From NCBI GenBank assembly GCA_022710645.1, contig JAKLGL010000001.1, positions 343,296-407,295 of the forward strand: DNA of 64,000 nt. The letters are read 5' to 3'. Below are positions 1 to 9,796 of the stretch, piece by piece; the first letter of the stretch is position 1; each line of letters opens with the position of its first letter. A model generated the notes under the pieces. The model worked only from the letters and a program-made list of their open reading frames with translations. It was not told where the DNA came from and made no database searches. Source of the stretch: Patescibacteria group bacterium (GTDB lineage Bacteria; Patescibacteriota; Patescibacteriia; Magasanikbacterales; GWA2-37-8). The position numbers and the translations under genes are program-made.

Positions 1-553
1 ACGTCCCGGAATAATTCATCGTTTGGACAAAGAAGCTTCAGGATTATTGGTAGTGGCACGCAATCAAAAAATGTTTAATTTCCTCAAAAAACAATTTCAG
101 GAAAGAACCGTAGATAAAGAATATTGTGTATTGGTTCATGGAAAAGTTTCGGCCGATACCGGATTTATAGATTTTCCATTGGAAAGATCCAAAAATAACG
201 AACGTATGGCGGCTATTCCCAAAACCGTTCGCGGAATGGAAAACGATGAAGGTAAAAAATCTTTAACTGAATTTTGGGTTGAAAAAAAATTTGTAAATTT
301 TTCACTTCTAACGGTAAAGATTCATACCGGTCGCATGCACCAAATCCGCGCTCACTTTTTGGCTTACGATCACCCGGTAGTCGGCGACCCTCTTTATTTT
401 CAAAAAAAACAAAAAAGGAAATGGGATGACGAACTCGGCCGTCTATTTTTACACTGCTTTAAATTGGAGTTCACAGATTTGCAAGGTAATAGACAAAAAT
501 ATGAAATTCCATTACCCAAAGAGTTGACGGATTTTTTGAAAAAATTAAAATAA
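1..553 (+). CDS. RluA-family pseudouridine synthase, C-terminal part (5' end lies outside the window)
   Basis: Reading frame is open from the window edge; the upstream extension translates to GIIHRLDKEASGLLVVA, matching the HRLDKxTSG catalytic-Asp motif of RluA/RluD; ORF track 23..553. Confidence 0.6.
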   Translation, partial: RPGIIHRLDKEASGLLVVARNQKMFNFLKKQFQERTVDKEYCVLVHGKVSADTGFIDFPLERSKNNERMAAIPKTVRGMENDEGKKSLTEFWVEKKFVNFSLLTVKIHTGRMHQIRAHFLAYDHPVVGDPLYFQKKQKRKWDDELGRLFLHCFKLEFTDLQGNRQKYEIPLPKELTDFLKKLK

Positions 554-610
554 AAAAGTTGTTAATTATTGTTTGTTCGTTAACAAAAACAATACTTAAT
601 AAACAATAAT

Positions 611-1186
611 ATGAATAAACAAGGCTTATTAGTAGTAATTTCAGCGCCATCAGGCAACGGCAAAGACACTGTTATCAACGCTTTACTGAAAATCATTCCT
701 GATTCCGTCCGGCTTATCACCACCACCTCTCGCCCACCGCGACCGGGAAATATCGAAGGGGTTGATTATTATTTTATTTCTAAAGAAGAATTTAAAAATA
801 AAATAGAAAATAATGAATTTTTGGAATATAATTTTTATGCCGAAAATTATTACGGAACTGAAAAATCAGTTTTAGAAAAGAACCTTGCGGAAAATAAAGT
901 TGTTTTTCTCAATATGGATGTTAACGGGAAACATAATTTGGATAAAAGAAGAATAAAAAATCTTTCTATATTTTTATTACCTGAAAGTTTAGAAATATTA
1001 AAAAACAGAATAAAACTTCGTGGCGGAGTCAGTGATGATTTGATAGAAGAAAGAATGAAGATCGCTCAAAAAGAAATGGAAGACTCTATCGATTATGATC
1101 ATAGGATAATCAATTATGATGGTAAAATAGAAGAAACTATTGATAAATTAGCCAAAATAATCAATTTGGCCATAAACAAATCCTAA
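611..1186 (+). CDS. gmk: guanylate kinase
   Basis: P-loop ISAPSGNGKDT and guanylate kinase motif TTTSRPPRPGNIEGVDYYFIS; size 191 aa. Confidence 0.85.
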   Translation: MNKQGLLVVISAPSGNGKDTVINALLKIIPDSVRLITTTSRPPRPGNIEGVDYYFISKEEFKNKIENNEFLEYNFYAENYYGTEKSVLEKNLAENKVVFLNMDVNGKHNLDKRRIKNLSIFLLPESLEILKNRIKLRGGVSDDLIEERMKIAQKEMEDSIDYDHRIINYDGKIEETIDKLAKIINLAINKS

Positions 1187-1252
1187 AATATTGACAAAAA
1201 AAGAAAATTAGGCTAAGATAATAGCACTTTATTAATATTCAACGTTAAACAT

Positions 1253-1594
1253 ATGACCGAAGAAATCAACAAAACGGCCGCTCCGGTAGAATACAAACCG
1301 GGTATGGTTGTCAAAGTACACCAAAAAATCAAAGAAACTAACACTAAAGGCGAAGAAAAAGAACGTATTCAAATTTTTGAAGGCACTATTATCTCCGCCA
1401 AACACGGCAAAGAAATCGGTGCTACTATCACGGTACGTAAAATTTCCGAAGGGGTTGGTGTGGAAAAAATATTTCCTATCAAAGCTCCGGTAGTTGCCAA
1501 AATAGAGGTGGTCAAACAATTGGCAACTCGTCGCGCCAAATTAAATTTCTTACGTGATCCGAAATTCAAAAGAAAAATGAAAGAGGTTAAGTAA
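1253..1594 (+). CDS. rplS: 50S ribosomal protein L19
   Basis: 113 aa; ERIQIFEGTIIS...TVRKISEGVGVEKIFPI...RRAKLNFLRD pattern typical of L19. Confidence 0.85.
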   Translation: MTEEINKTAAPVEYKPGMVVKVHQKIKETNTKGEEKERIQIFEGTIISAKHGKEIGATITVRKISEGVGVEKIFPIKAPVVAKIEVVKQLATRRAKLNFLRDPKFKRKMKEVK

Positions 1595-1640
1595 GTCTAA
1601 AGTCTATAATGTCCATAAAGTCCGTAAAGTTAAAAATTAA

Positions 1641-1668
1641 AAAACTTTCCCTAACAGGAAAGTTTTTT
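1641..1668. terminator. rho-independent terminator hairpin between convergent rplS and uvrA
   Basis: aaaactttcc-ctaaca-ggaaagtttttt; perfect 9-bp stem with flanking A/T runs, so bidirectional. Confidence 0.7.
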
Positions 1669-1719
1669 AATACGCTATAAAAAGACATTAAGGACTTTTG
1701 ACTTTATGGACTTTACAGA

Positions 1720-4539
1720 CTATTTCAAATACTTTCCCGTCCAACTCTTTTTGGACTTTAATATATCCTTAACCGTTCCGGCAGCTACCAATTCCCCGCC
1801 TCGTTTTCCGCCTTCCGGGCCCAATTCTATTACCCAATCGGAGTTTTTAATAACATCCAAATTATGTTCAATTATCAAAATAGTATTACCTTTTTCCACC
1901 AATTGTTTCAAGACTAATAATAATCTTTTTATATCTTCAAAATGCAAGCCTGTAGTCGGTTCATCTAAAATATAAAGAGTTTTCCCTGTGGAAGCGCGCG
2001 CCAATTCGGTTGCCAATTTTATTCTTTGCGCTTCACCGCCCGAGAGTGTGGTGGCCGGCTGACCAAGCTCCAAATAACCCAATCCAACTTGACGTAAAAC
2101 GTTTAATTTATCGGCTATTTGTCTTTGATCCACAAAAAACTTGTAAGCTTCTTCCACGGTCATTTTCAAAACTTCGGCAATATTTTTTCCTTTATAATGA
2201 ATTTCAAGCGCTTCCTGATTATATCGAGAACCGTTACAGTCATTGCAAGTCACAAAAACATCGGCTAAAAATTGCATTGGAATTCGGATATATCCTTCTC
2301 CGGCGCAAGTTTCACAACGTCCTCCGCCTTTGACATTAAAACTAAATTTTCCAGCATCATAACGTCGCATACGGCTTTCCGGCAAAGAAGAATATAAATC
2401 TCTAATCAATGTAAATATCCCGGTATAGGTGGCCGGATTACTGCGCGGGGTTCTACCTATCGGACTTTGATCAATAGCTATAACTTTATCTATATTGTCG
2501 ACTCCTTTGATTTCTTTATGTTTTCCGGGCTCGTCTTTGGCGCGGTAAAAATATTTGGATAAATATTTTCCCAAAATATCCACGACTAACGTTGATTTAC
2601 CGGAACCGGACACACCGGTGACGCAAACCAATTTAGAAAGCGGGATGTCCACGTTTATTTTTTTCAAATTAAAACCTTCAGCACCGATAATACTAATCTT
2701 TTTCTCCGCTGTTTTTTTGGTGTCTTTTTTCTCACGCAAATCATTCTCAAAATCGTCAGAAACACTAGCTCTTCCAAATAAATAATCTGCAGTTAATGAA
2801 TTCTTTGCTTTTTTGATCTCCGGTAAAGTTCCGGCTGCAATTATTTGTCCGCCATAAACTCCGGCTCCCGGACCGACATCTATCAAATAATCAGCTTCTT
2901 TCATGATAGCTGCATCATGTTCCACCACTATAACCGTATTACCAAGATCTCGTAAATATTTCAAAGTGTCTATCAATTTTTGGTTATCTCTGGCGTGTAA
3001 ACCGACAGAAGGTTCATCCAGCACATAAACCACACCGGTTAAACCGGAAGACAACTGCGTAGCCAAACGAACACGTGTCGCTTCTCCACCGGAAAGAGTG
3101 TTCATCGATCTGGTAAGATTCAAATAATTCAAACCTACGCGAGACAAGTTTTCCAAACGCGTCAAAATTTCTTTAACTATCGGCTCTACTATATTTTTTT
3201 TCGGCAATCCGGCTTTCTTCAAAAGATTTTTGAAAAAAATCACACTGTCTTCAATATTCATTTCCGATAAATCAGCGATATTGCGATCTTCAAATTTTAC
3301 CGATAAGGATTCTTTTTTTAATTTTTTACCTTCACACATTGAGCAAACCTGCTCTTTCATGTATTGTTCTATTTCTTTACGAATATAATCGGAATCCGTC
3401 TGAAGATGTCTTTGTCTGAGATCTTCCATGACTCCGGGGAAAACGATTTTTTTACCTTCAACTTCATAAAGTTCTTTACCTGTACCTTTCAAAATCAAAT
3501 TCATTATTTTGTCGGAAAAACCGGAAACCGGAACTTCCAACGAAAAACCATGCCTATCAGCCAAGGCCTTGAGTATCTTTTGGTAATATGTTTGATTTCC
3601 GGTTATACGTGTCCAAGGTTGAATAGCTCCTTCAAGCAAAGAAAGTCGCGGGTTAGGTATCACCAAAGCGGGATCTACTTCCATGGTTATACCAAGACCG
3701 GTACAACGAGGACAAGCCCCAAAAGGACTGTTGAAACTGAAATTACGTATATCAAGATCAGGCATGATTCTTCCGCATTTCATACAAAGTCCGACTGTTG
3801 AAAACATTTTATCCCCTTGATCCGTACCTATATAAATCAAGCCATTGCTTAAATCTAAAGCCGTTTCAACCCATTTTGTAGGATCTTGTCTTTTAATATC
3901 TGTTATCCTTCCGATAAGTAATTCTATTTGGAAATTTTTTTTCGGATCAAAAGCCAATGTCGCCAATTCATTTATTTTCATTACTTTACCGTTAACTCTC
4001 ACATGATCAAAACCCGATTGTTCAACTTTTTCCAATAAAACTCGCGGCTGCTCCACAATATCATTGCGAATCAAAGGAGAAAGAATTAAAATTTCTTTAT
4101 TTTTTCTACCCAACTCGCGTACCATTTCTACGATTTCTCCATATGAATAAGAGATAACTTCTTCTTCACAATCCGGACAATATTGTTTACCTGCGCGAGC
4201 AAACAATAACCTCATAAAATCATAAACCTCAGTAACAGTCCCGACGGTAGAGCGCGGATTTTGGGTATTGATACGTTGATCTATGGCGATAGTCGGTGAA
4301 AGACCTTCTACACCGTCAATATCGGGTTTATCGCGCACTTCCATAAATTGACGCGCATAAGAAGACAAACTTTCCGCATAACGACGTTGTCCTTCGGCAT
4401 AAATGGTATCAAAAGCCAAACTGGATTTTCCCGAACCTGACAAGCCGGTTATTACCACCATTTTATTTTTCGGAATATTTACCGAAATATTTTTGAGATT
4501 GTGTACTCTCGCTCCCCTTATTTTTATCATTTCTTGCAT
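1720..4539 (-). CDS. uvrA: excinuclease ABC subunit A
   Basis: 939 aa; two ABC ATPase modules ([25 protein letters not shown]), zinc-finger Cys clusters, LSGGEAQR signatures. Confidence 0.95.
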   Translation of the reverse strand: MQEMIKIRGARVHNLKNISVNIPKNKMVVITGLSGSGKSSLAFDTIYAEGQRRYAESLSSYARQFMEVRDKPDIDGVEGLSPTIAIDQRINTQNPRSTVGTVTEVYDFMRLLFARAGKQYCPDCEEEVISYSYGEIVEMVRELGRKNKEILILSPLIRNDIVEQPRVLLEKVEQSGFDHVRVNGKVMKINELATLAFDPKKNFQIELLIGRITDIKRQDPTKWVETALDLSNGLIYIGTDQGDKMFSTVGLCMKCGRIMPDLDIRNFSFNSPFGACPRCTGLGITMEVDPALVIPNPRLSLLEGAIQPWTRITGNQTYYQKILKALADRHGFSLEVPVSGFSDKIMNLILKGTGKELYEVEGKKIVFPGVMEDLRQRHLQTDSDYIRKEIEQYMKEQVCSMCEGKKLKKESLSVKFEDRNIADLSEMNIEDSVIFFKNLLKKAGLPKKNIVEPIVKEILTRLENLSRVGLNYLNLTRSMNTLSGGEATRVRLATQLSSGLTGVVYVLDEPSVGLHARDNQKLIDTLKYLRDLGNTVIVVEHDAAIMKEADYLIDVGPGAGVYGGQIIAAGTLPEIKKAKNSLTADYLFGRASVSDDFENDLREKKDTKKTAEKKISIIGAEGFNLKKINVDIPLSKLVCVTGVSGSGKSTLVVDILGKYLSKYFYRAKDEPGKHKEIKGVDNIDKVIAIDQSPIGRTPRSNPATYTGIFTLIRDLYSSLPESRMRRYDAGKFSFNVKGGGRCETCAGEGYIRIPMQFLADVFVTCNDCNGSRYNQEALEIHYKGKNIAEVLKMTVEEAYKFFVDQRQIADKLNVLRQVGLGYLELGQPATTLSGGEAQRIKLATELARASTGKTLYILDEPTTGLHFEDIKRLLLVLKQLVEKGNTILIIEHNLDVIKNSDWVIELGPEGGKRGGELVAAGTVKDILKSKKSWTGKYLK

Positions 4540-4545
4540 AAAAAT

Positions 4546-6420
4546 TTATTCTGTTTTAGGACAGGTTATGAATATATCCTCCATATTGACATCGTTAGAT
4601 TTCCAAACCGTTTTAAAATCATTTTTATAATCGTTTATTTTTTCTTTATTTTGTTTTATACAAACACCTTGAATGGAATAATTGTTATCTGTCAAAGACC
4701 ACTCTCCCGTATTTTGGGTGGCAATACTTGATTTTAAAAACACCTGATCTATCATCTTATAATCACAGTCAAAATCCAATTTTCCACTAACCGTATTAAA
4801 AGAAACGGAAGTGAGAGCGGAGGTAAAACAAGCTAAACCAGTATTACATTCATCATTTAAATTGCAAATTTCACCTTCTTTTTTTTCAACACCTCCGGCA
4901 TTAACACAGTAACCATAATTACCACATTGTCCCGATTTACAATCAGAATTTTCCGAACAAGGCGCTGTAAAAGAACCATCTGTACAAGCTTTGATTTCAT
5001 TTCCTCCGATACTTGTAAAATTAACACATTTTGGAGCTTTTTCACTACAATCAGAATCGCCATTACAAAAAGAATTAACTTTACCGGAACTACAAACTCC
5101 TATTTGACTATTACCGCTCCAGCATTGAATTCCTCCCAATCCGGGAAAAGCTATACATTTACCTTCGGCACAAGGATTTTTATCCATATCACAAAGTTCT
5201 CCTTCCTTCAAAGACATCGCTGTGCATTTGCCGGGAATAATTTTTTTACTAGATATGGCTGCATCCACAGCATCAACAACCAAATCTCCAGCATAAACAC
5301 TGGTGCCACCGGCTGCAATCACGGCTGCAGACTTTGCTTTATTTGTCGCAACCCATTTCACACCATCCCAAGTCATTTTCCCTCCTGTCCAAAACCATTT
5401 ACCTCCTGTTTTAAAAGCTTCAACCAAAGCATTGCTTTTTACAGCTTCAGAAACCGATGTTTCCACCACCTCTTTAGCAATTTGTCTTCCGGTTTGTTCG
5501 GCAATAGATTGATTGACCAAATCAAACAACGTCGTCTGAACTGATTTGTTTTCTAACACGCCTTTTACAGAAATCTGCTGCGAAGATATTTTTAAAGCTT
5601 GAGACAAAGATTTTCTTGCTACCACTCCGGCCGCACCCTCAATCACACCACTTCCTCCGGTTGCCAAAAAAGCCACTGTTTCGCCTATTAACTCGGCAGC
5701 TTTAGCGCAAGGACAACTTCTCTCGTCTCCAATACCGCAACTTGCAACACCCATAGCAGTACAGAAAAATTTAACATCACCTTGGCTATTATTTTCACAA
5801 GCTACGGAACTCTCCGAACCTGAAGAGGCATCGCAAAATTCTCCCGGTTCAACGACTATTACAGAAGGTCTTATCATATAAACCTGTGGCAATCGCAAAT
5901 TTATAGTATTGGGATTAATCATGCCTAAAACCGTATATGACATATAAGCCAAAGCCAAACCTATAACAGCTCCTACTATTTTCTTTTTGGCGCTTCCTAT
6001 CATTTCTTGACTTCCGGCTGAACCTACATATTGAATGCCAGCAACGATAATCATTACCGCGGCCAAAATTCCTAAAATTACCAGAGCATAATTATAAATA
6101 GTTTTGATATAATCTCCAATATTGGAAAATTTAATATTTCCGCCAAAAGAAACTTGAGTGGTTGTAATACTTCCGGCTAAACATTTACCAAATTTAGAAT
6201 TTTCATCACCATCTTTTGCATAACCCGGACAATTTTCTTCATCAATAATAAAACCTTCTCCCGGCCAATTATTTTTTTGTCTTTCTTTTATACAGTTTGT
6301 TTTAGTCCAACAAACGGGATTATTCTTTGCATCAGTAATTGAAACAGCCGTATCTGTAAACAAAAAAACTCCCGCCAAAAAAAGAGTTAGAAACGAAAAC
6401 AAAAATATTTTTTTAAACAT
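4546..6420 (-). CDS. secreted/membrane cysteine-rich protein of unknown function
   Basis: 624 aa; N-terminal signal peptide [21 protein letters not shown]; Cys-rich N-domain; two central hydrophobic helices; Gly/Ala/Ser-rich linker; C-terminal tandem Cys-rich modules (CxxGxC / DCxSGQC-like). Confidence 0.6.
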   Translation of the reverse strand: MFKKIFLFSFLTLFLAGVFLFTDTAVSITDAKNNPVCWTKTNCIKERQKNNWPGEGFIIDEENCPGYAKDGDENSKFGKCLAGSITTTQVSFGGNIKFSNIGDYIKTIYNYALVILGILAAVMIIVAGIQYVGSAGSQEMIGSAKKKIVGAVIGLALAYMSYTVLGMINPNTINLRLPQVYMIRPSVIVVEPGEFCDASSGSESSVACENNSQGDVKFFCTAMGVASCGIGDERSCPCAKAAELIGETVAFLATGGSGVIEGAAGVVARKSLSQALKISSQQISVKGVLENKSVQTTLFDLVNQSIAEQTGRQIAKEVVETSVSEAVKSNALVEAFKTGGKWFWTGGKMTWDGVKWVATNKAKSAAVIAAGGTSVYAGDLVVDAVDAAISSKKIIPGKCTAMSLKEGELCDMDKNPCAEGKCIAFPGLGGIQCWSGNSQIGVCSSGKVNSFCNGDSDCSEKAPKCVNFTSIGGNEIKACTDGSFTAPCSENSDCKSGQCGNYGYCVNAGGVEKKEGEICNLNDECNTGLACFTSALTSVSFNTVSGKLDFDCDYKMIDQVFLKSSIATQNTGEWSLTDNNYSIQGVCIKQNKEKINDYKNDFKTVWKSNDVNMEDIFITCPKTE

Positions 6421-6432
6421 AATTACCCGAAA

Positions 6433-7176
6433 TTAAGGGTTTAAAGCTTTGGAAATTATTTCTTCCCAAGTCGACAAAGGTATATTACCCGGAATTTTAT
6501 AACTATTTATAAAAAAAGTTGGCGTTCCGTTAATACCGTATTTATAACCGGTGGCATAATCGCGATTTACTTCCGTTTTAGTTTTATCACCAACCAAACA
6601 AGAATTAAATTTTTTACTATCAAGTCCTATTTCGGAAGCAAAAGCGTTAATGTTTTCTGCGGTTAAATTTTGAGTTAGATTATCTTGTTGCGCAAAAAGA
6701 TAGTCATGAGCCGGCCAATAAAGTCCTTGCTCAAAAGCGCAATAAGCCATTTCTGAAAGTTTGGAAGCGCCGGGATGAGAAGTTTCTATAGGAAAATTTC
6801 TTATTATCAATTTGATGTTTTGACCATTTTTGCCGATAGCTTGGCGAATAATAGTGTCTTGTTCCTTGCAAATCGGACATTTAAAATCTATAAACTCCAC
6901 TATTACCAACGAAGCGTCTTTATTTCCCAAAAAAGGCCTATCAACACCTTCCAGTTCGGCTCGGGCCGCTAAAACCTTCTGATCAACCTGGGTTTCGCCA
7001 TAAATATTTTTTCGCAATTCTTCACCATATCCTTGTTTTATCAAATTATGATATCGCCAAGTTAACAAGCTAAGAGCGATAACAAAAGACAATAAAATGC
7101 AAGAAACTGCTATTAAAGCAACTCCCCACCATTGTTTATACCAGCTTTTTTTGGCTAAAAATTGGAAATTTTCCAT
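6433..7176 (-). CDS. DsbA-like thiol:disulfide oxidoreductase, membrane anchored
   Basis: N-terminal transmembrane segment; thioredoxin-fold CxxC active site FIDFKCPICKEQ; 247 aa. Confidence 0.65.
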   Translation of the reverse strand: MENFQFLAKKSWYKQWWGVALIAVSCILLSFVIALSLLTWRYHNLIKQGYGEELRKNIYGETQVDQKVLAARAELEGVDRPFLGNKDASLVIVEFIDFKCPICKEQDTIIRQAIGKNGQNIKLIIRNFPIETSHPGASKLSEMAYCAFEQGLYWPAHDYLFAQQDNLTQNLTAENINAFASEIGLDSKKFNSCLVGDKTKTEVNRDYATGYKYGINGTPTFFINSYKIPGNIPLSTWEEIISKALNP

Positions 7177-7273
7177 AAAAAATATTATGGTTTTATCCTA
7201 CCACAAAATCCCAAGTTGATCAAGAGGCAAGCCATAACCAATAAAATATACAGACCGAAGAATTACTTACTGA

Positions 7274-7302
7274 TTGACAAAAAAATAAAAACATGCTAAA
7301 AT
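7274..7302 (+). promoter_or_regulatory. sigma70-like promoter TTGACA-17-TAAAAT upstream of secG
   Basis: ttgacaaaaaaataaaaacatgctaaaat, consensus -35 and near-consensus -10 with 17-nt spacer. Confidence 0.5.
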
Positions 7303-7332
7303 CTGTAAAGATACTAATTTTCTTATTCTTCT

Positions 7333-7554
7333 ATGAAAACTCTAATTTTGAACATAATTCAGCTTGTTTTAGCCATAATTTTGATTGTTATCATCCTTTT
7401 GCAACAAAAAGGCACCGGTCTATCCGGAGTTTTTGGCGGATCTTCTAATGTTTACAGTACCAAACGCGGAATTGATAAAATTCTTTTTTACGCTACTATC
7501 GTTATTTCCATACTCTTCTTCGGCATTTCTTTTGCCAGATTATTTTGGGCTTAA
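7333..7554 (+). CDS. secG: preprotein translocase subunit SecG
   Basis: 73 aa, two transmembrane helices with the LLQQKGTGLSGVFGGSS loop characteristic of SecG. Confidence 0.7.
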   Translation: MKTLILNIIQLVLAIILIVIILLQQKGTGLSGVFGGSSNVYSTKRGIDKILFYATIVISILFFGISFARLFWA

Positions 7555-7597
7555 TAATTTTTATTAAACCCGTTTCTCTTTTTTAACAACACCGAAA

Positions 7598-9535
7598 ATG
7601 TCTTTACCGGACTTTTTTAAATTCACCAAAAAGGAGGCTAAGGTTTTGGTAAAAAATTTTGATCAACAGCTGGTCAAAAAACTCAATAAAAAAAGTTTAC
7701 CTTCTTGGTCCCAATTAAGATATCTTTTCCGATTTTTTAACCGTAAAGAAAGGACTGTTTTTTGGTCTTCTCTTCTTTTGGCTTTAATAACCGGTTTAAT
7801 ATGGTTATCTTTTTTCGTTTTTTCACATTTGGCGGTTTTGCCGACTGACGGCGGAGAATACACTGAAGGCTTGATAGGCTCGCCGAAATTAATAAATCCT
7901 ATTTTTGAAAGCGTTAATGATGTGGATGGAGACATCTCTTCCTTGCTCTATGCCAAACTTTTTAAACACGATGAAAATCGTCAGATAAAACCCGACTTAG
8001 TCGAAAGTTATCAAATAAGTGAAGATAAAAAAACTTATACTCTTAAACTGAGAGAAGATATTTACTGGAGCGATGGCGAAAAAATAACCGCCGATGATTT
8101 GGCTTTTACTTTTGACACCATACAAAATCCTGAAGTCGGCAGCCCTTTTTATAATTCTTTTCAAGGAGTTGTTGTTGATAAACTAAACGAAACCAGTGTT
8201 TCCCTAACCTTAAAAGAACCTTTTGCTCCTTTTTTGAACAGTTTGGTTTTAGGGTTGATTCCCGAACATGTTTTCGGACAGATGAATCCGGCCAATATTC
8301 GTTTAGCTAAAGATAATCTGCAACCGATAGTTGCATCCGGACCTTATAAATTTTTTAAATTAATAAAAGACGGAAATACCAATAATATCCAGACATACAT
8401 CATAGAGAAAAATGAAAAATATTTTGGAGAAAAGCCTTATCTGCAAACCATAACTTTCAAATTTTACGATGATTTTGAACAAGCTTTGACAGACTTGCGA
8501 AACCAAACCATTAACGGTCTTGGTTTTATACCAAACACTTCAAGAGAAAAAACCGTTAGTAAAAATATCAACCTTTACGATTTACAATTACCACAATATA
8601 CGGCTTTATTTTTCAATCAAAACAAAGATAAGGTGCTCAAGGATGAGGTTTTGCGTTCTTGTTTGGCTATGAGTATAGATAAAAAATTCATTTTGGAAAA
8701 TATTTTGAAAAACAACGGTCAGATTGTTCACGGTCCGATTTTAAAAAATGAAATCGGCTATTATCCGGATATCAAAAAAACTGTTTTTAACACAGAGGAA
8801 GCCAACAATCTTTTGGATAAAAGTTGGAGCAGAATAGATCAAACAAGATTTTTGGAAATACGAAAAGAACAAATTATCAAAGAATTAAAAGATAAATACC
8901 AAATAAACAGCTCCACTGCCAGCACTTCTCCGGATATTGACTTGGAAAAAGAAACACAAGAACGCCTAACCAAAGAAACAGATTTAAAACAATCTTTTTA
9001 TCGTAAAGATAAAAACGATAATATTCTTTCTTTAACCATTACCACCGCAGACACGCCAGAATATACAGCTGTCGCCAATGCTATAGCCGATTTTTGGAAA
9101 AATATAGGAATTCAAACTTTCGTTGAGTTGATTGATGGCAAACAGTTAGTCAAAGAAAATATTCGCGATAGAAATTATTCCGTTTTACTGTTTGGAGAAG
9201 TACTAGGTAATGATCCTGATCCTTACGCTTTTTGGCACTCCAGTCAAACCCAATTTCCAGGTTTAAATTTATCTCTTTTCGTAGATAAAGATGCCGACAA
9301 ACTGCTTGAAGACGCCCGCGCCAGCGATGATATAACAAAAAGAACGGAAAACTATAAAAAATTTCAAGATGTTTTAGCAAAAAAAATTCCTGCAATTTTC
9401 TTGTATACTCCGGTTTATGCTTATGCTATCGATGCTAACATCAAAGGTGTTTCCGTAGGTTCTATAGCGATACCTTCGGATCGATTTTCTTCTTTGAATA
9501 AATGGTATATAAAGACGGCAAAACAGTGGAAATAA
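7598..9535 (+). CDS. ABC transporter substrate-binding protein, family 5 (oligopeptide/dipeptide type), N-terminally membrane anchored
   Basis: 645 aa; N-terminal transmembrane helix; OppA/DppA-like core (EKPYLQTITFKFYDDFEQALTDLRNQTINGL; C-terminal PAIFLYTPVYAYAIDANIKGV). Confidence 0.55.
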   Translation: MSLPDFFKFTKKEAKVLVKNFDQQLVKKLNKKSLPSWSQLRYLFRFFNRKERTVFWSSLLLALITGLIWLSFFVFSHLAVLPTDGGEYTEGLIGSPKLINPIFESVNDVDGDISSLLYAKLFKHDENRQIKPDLVESYQISEDKKTYTLKLREDIYWSDGEKITADDLAFTFDTIQNPEVGSPFYNSFQGVVVDKLNETSVSLTLKEPFAPFLNSLVLGLIPEHVFGQMNPANIRLAKDNLQPIVASGPYKFFKLIKDGNTNNIQTYIIEKNEKYFGEKPYLQTITFKFYDDFEQALTDLRNQTINGLGFIPNTSREKTVSKNINLYDLQLPQYTALFFNQNKDKVLKDEVLRSCLAMSIDKKFILENILKNNGQIVHGPILKNEIGYYPDIKKTVFNTEEANNLLDKSWSRIDQTRFLEIRKEQIIKELKDKYQINSSTASTSPDIDLEKETQERLTKETDLKQSFYRKDKNDNILSLTITTADTPEYTAVANAIADFWKNIGIQTFVELIDGKQLVKENIRDRNYSVLLFGEVLGNDPDPYAFWHSSQTQFPGLNLSLFVDKDADKLLEDARASDDITKRTENYKKFQDVLAKKIPAIFLYTPVYAYAIDANIKGVSVGSIAIPSDRFSSLNKWYIKTAKQWK

Positions 9536-9593
9536 CCAATTAAACTTTGGACGAGTGGCGGAAAAAGGTATACCTGCCCGCCTAGTGCCTAAT

Positions 9594-9675
9594 GCCGATG
9601 TGGTGAAATTGGTAGACACGCATGCTTCAGAAGCATGTGTTGAAAGACTTGCGGGTTCGAATCCCGCCATCGGCA
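9594..9675 (+). tRNA. tRNA-Leu(CAG), type II with long variable arm
   Basis: Acceptor GCCGATG/CATCGGC, anticodon stem CATGC/GCATG with loop TTCAGAA (U33, CAG, A37), 13-nt variable arm, T arm GCGGG-TTCGAAT-CCCGC; no encoded CCA. Confidence 0.8.
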
Positions 9676-9796
9676 CTAGGCATTAGGCAGGCGGGCGCGT
9701 ACGTCCAAACTTCTTTATCAAAAATTATTACTCAAAACAGACTTCACTAAACTGTTTTGAATGTTTTATTTAATTAATTAAAAAACTTTTTATTTT

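Noticed and set aside
1232-1594. ORFs 1232..1519(-), 1308..1493(+) and 1369..1569(-) overlapping rplS
   Set aside because: They overlap a well-supported ribosomal protein gene in other frames or strand; low-complexity translations; spurious.
1595-1722. 9-bp repeat arrays considered as CRISPR
   Set aside because: Repeat unit of 9 bp with no spacers, arranged as inverted triplets; not CRISPR architecture. No CRISPR array found in the window.
1706-4731. Plus-strand ORFs (1706..1975, 2010..2333, 2555..2785, 3364..3801, 4403..4630, 4501..4731) antisense to uvrA
   Set aside because: Antisense to a 939-aa conserved gene, no motifs; typical shadow ORFs.
4857-5544. ORFs 4927..5544(+), 5303..5512(+) and 4857..5063(-) inside the Cys-rich gene
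   Set aside because: Shadow ORFs of the 624-aa gene; Cys- and Thr-rich only because of complementary codon bias.
4546-6420. TrbC/VirB2-like pilin interpretation of the central two-helix hairpin of the Cys-rich protein
   Set aside because: VirB2-type pilins are about 100-150 aa; this is 624 aa with large flanking domains. The hydrophobic hairpin alone is insufficient.
9374-9676. ORF 9374..9676(-) covering tRNA-Leu
   Set aside because: Overlaps a clean tRNA cloverleaf and its flanking repeats.
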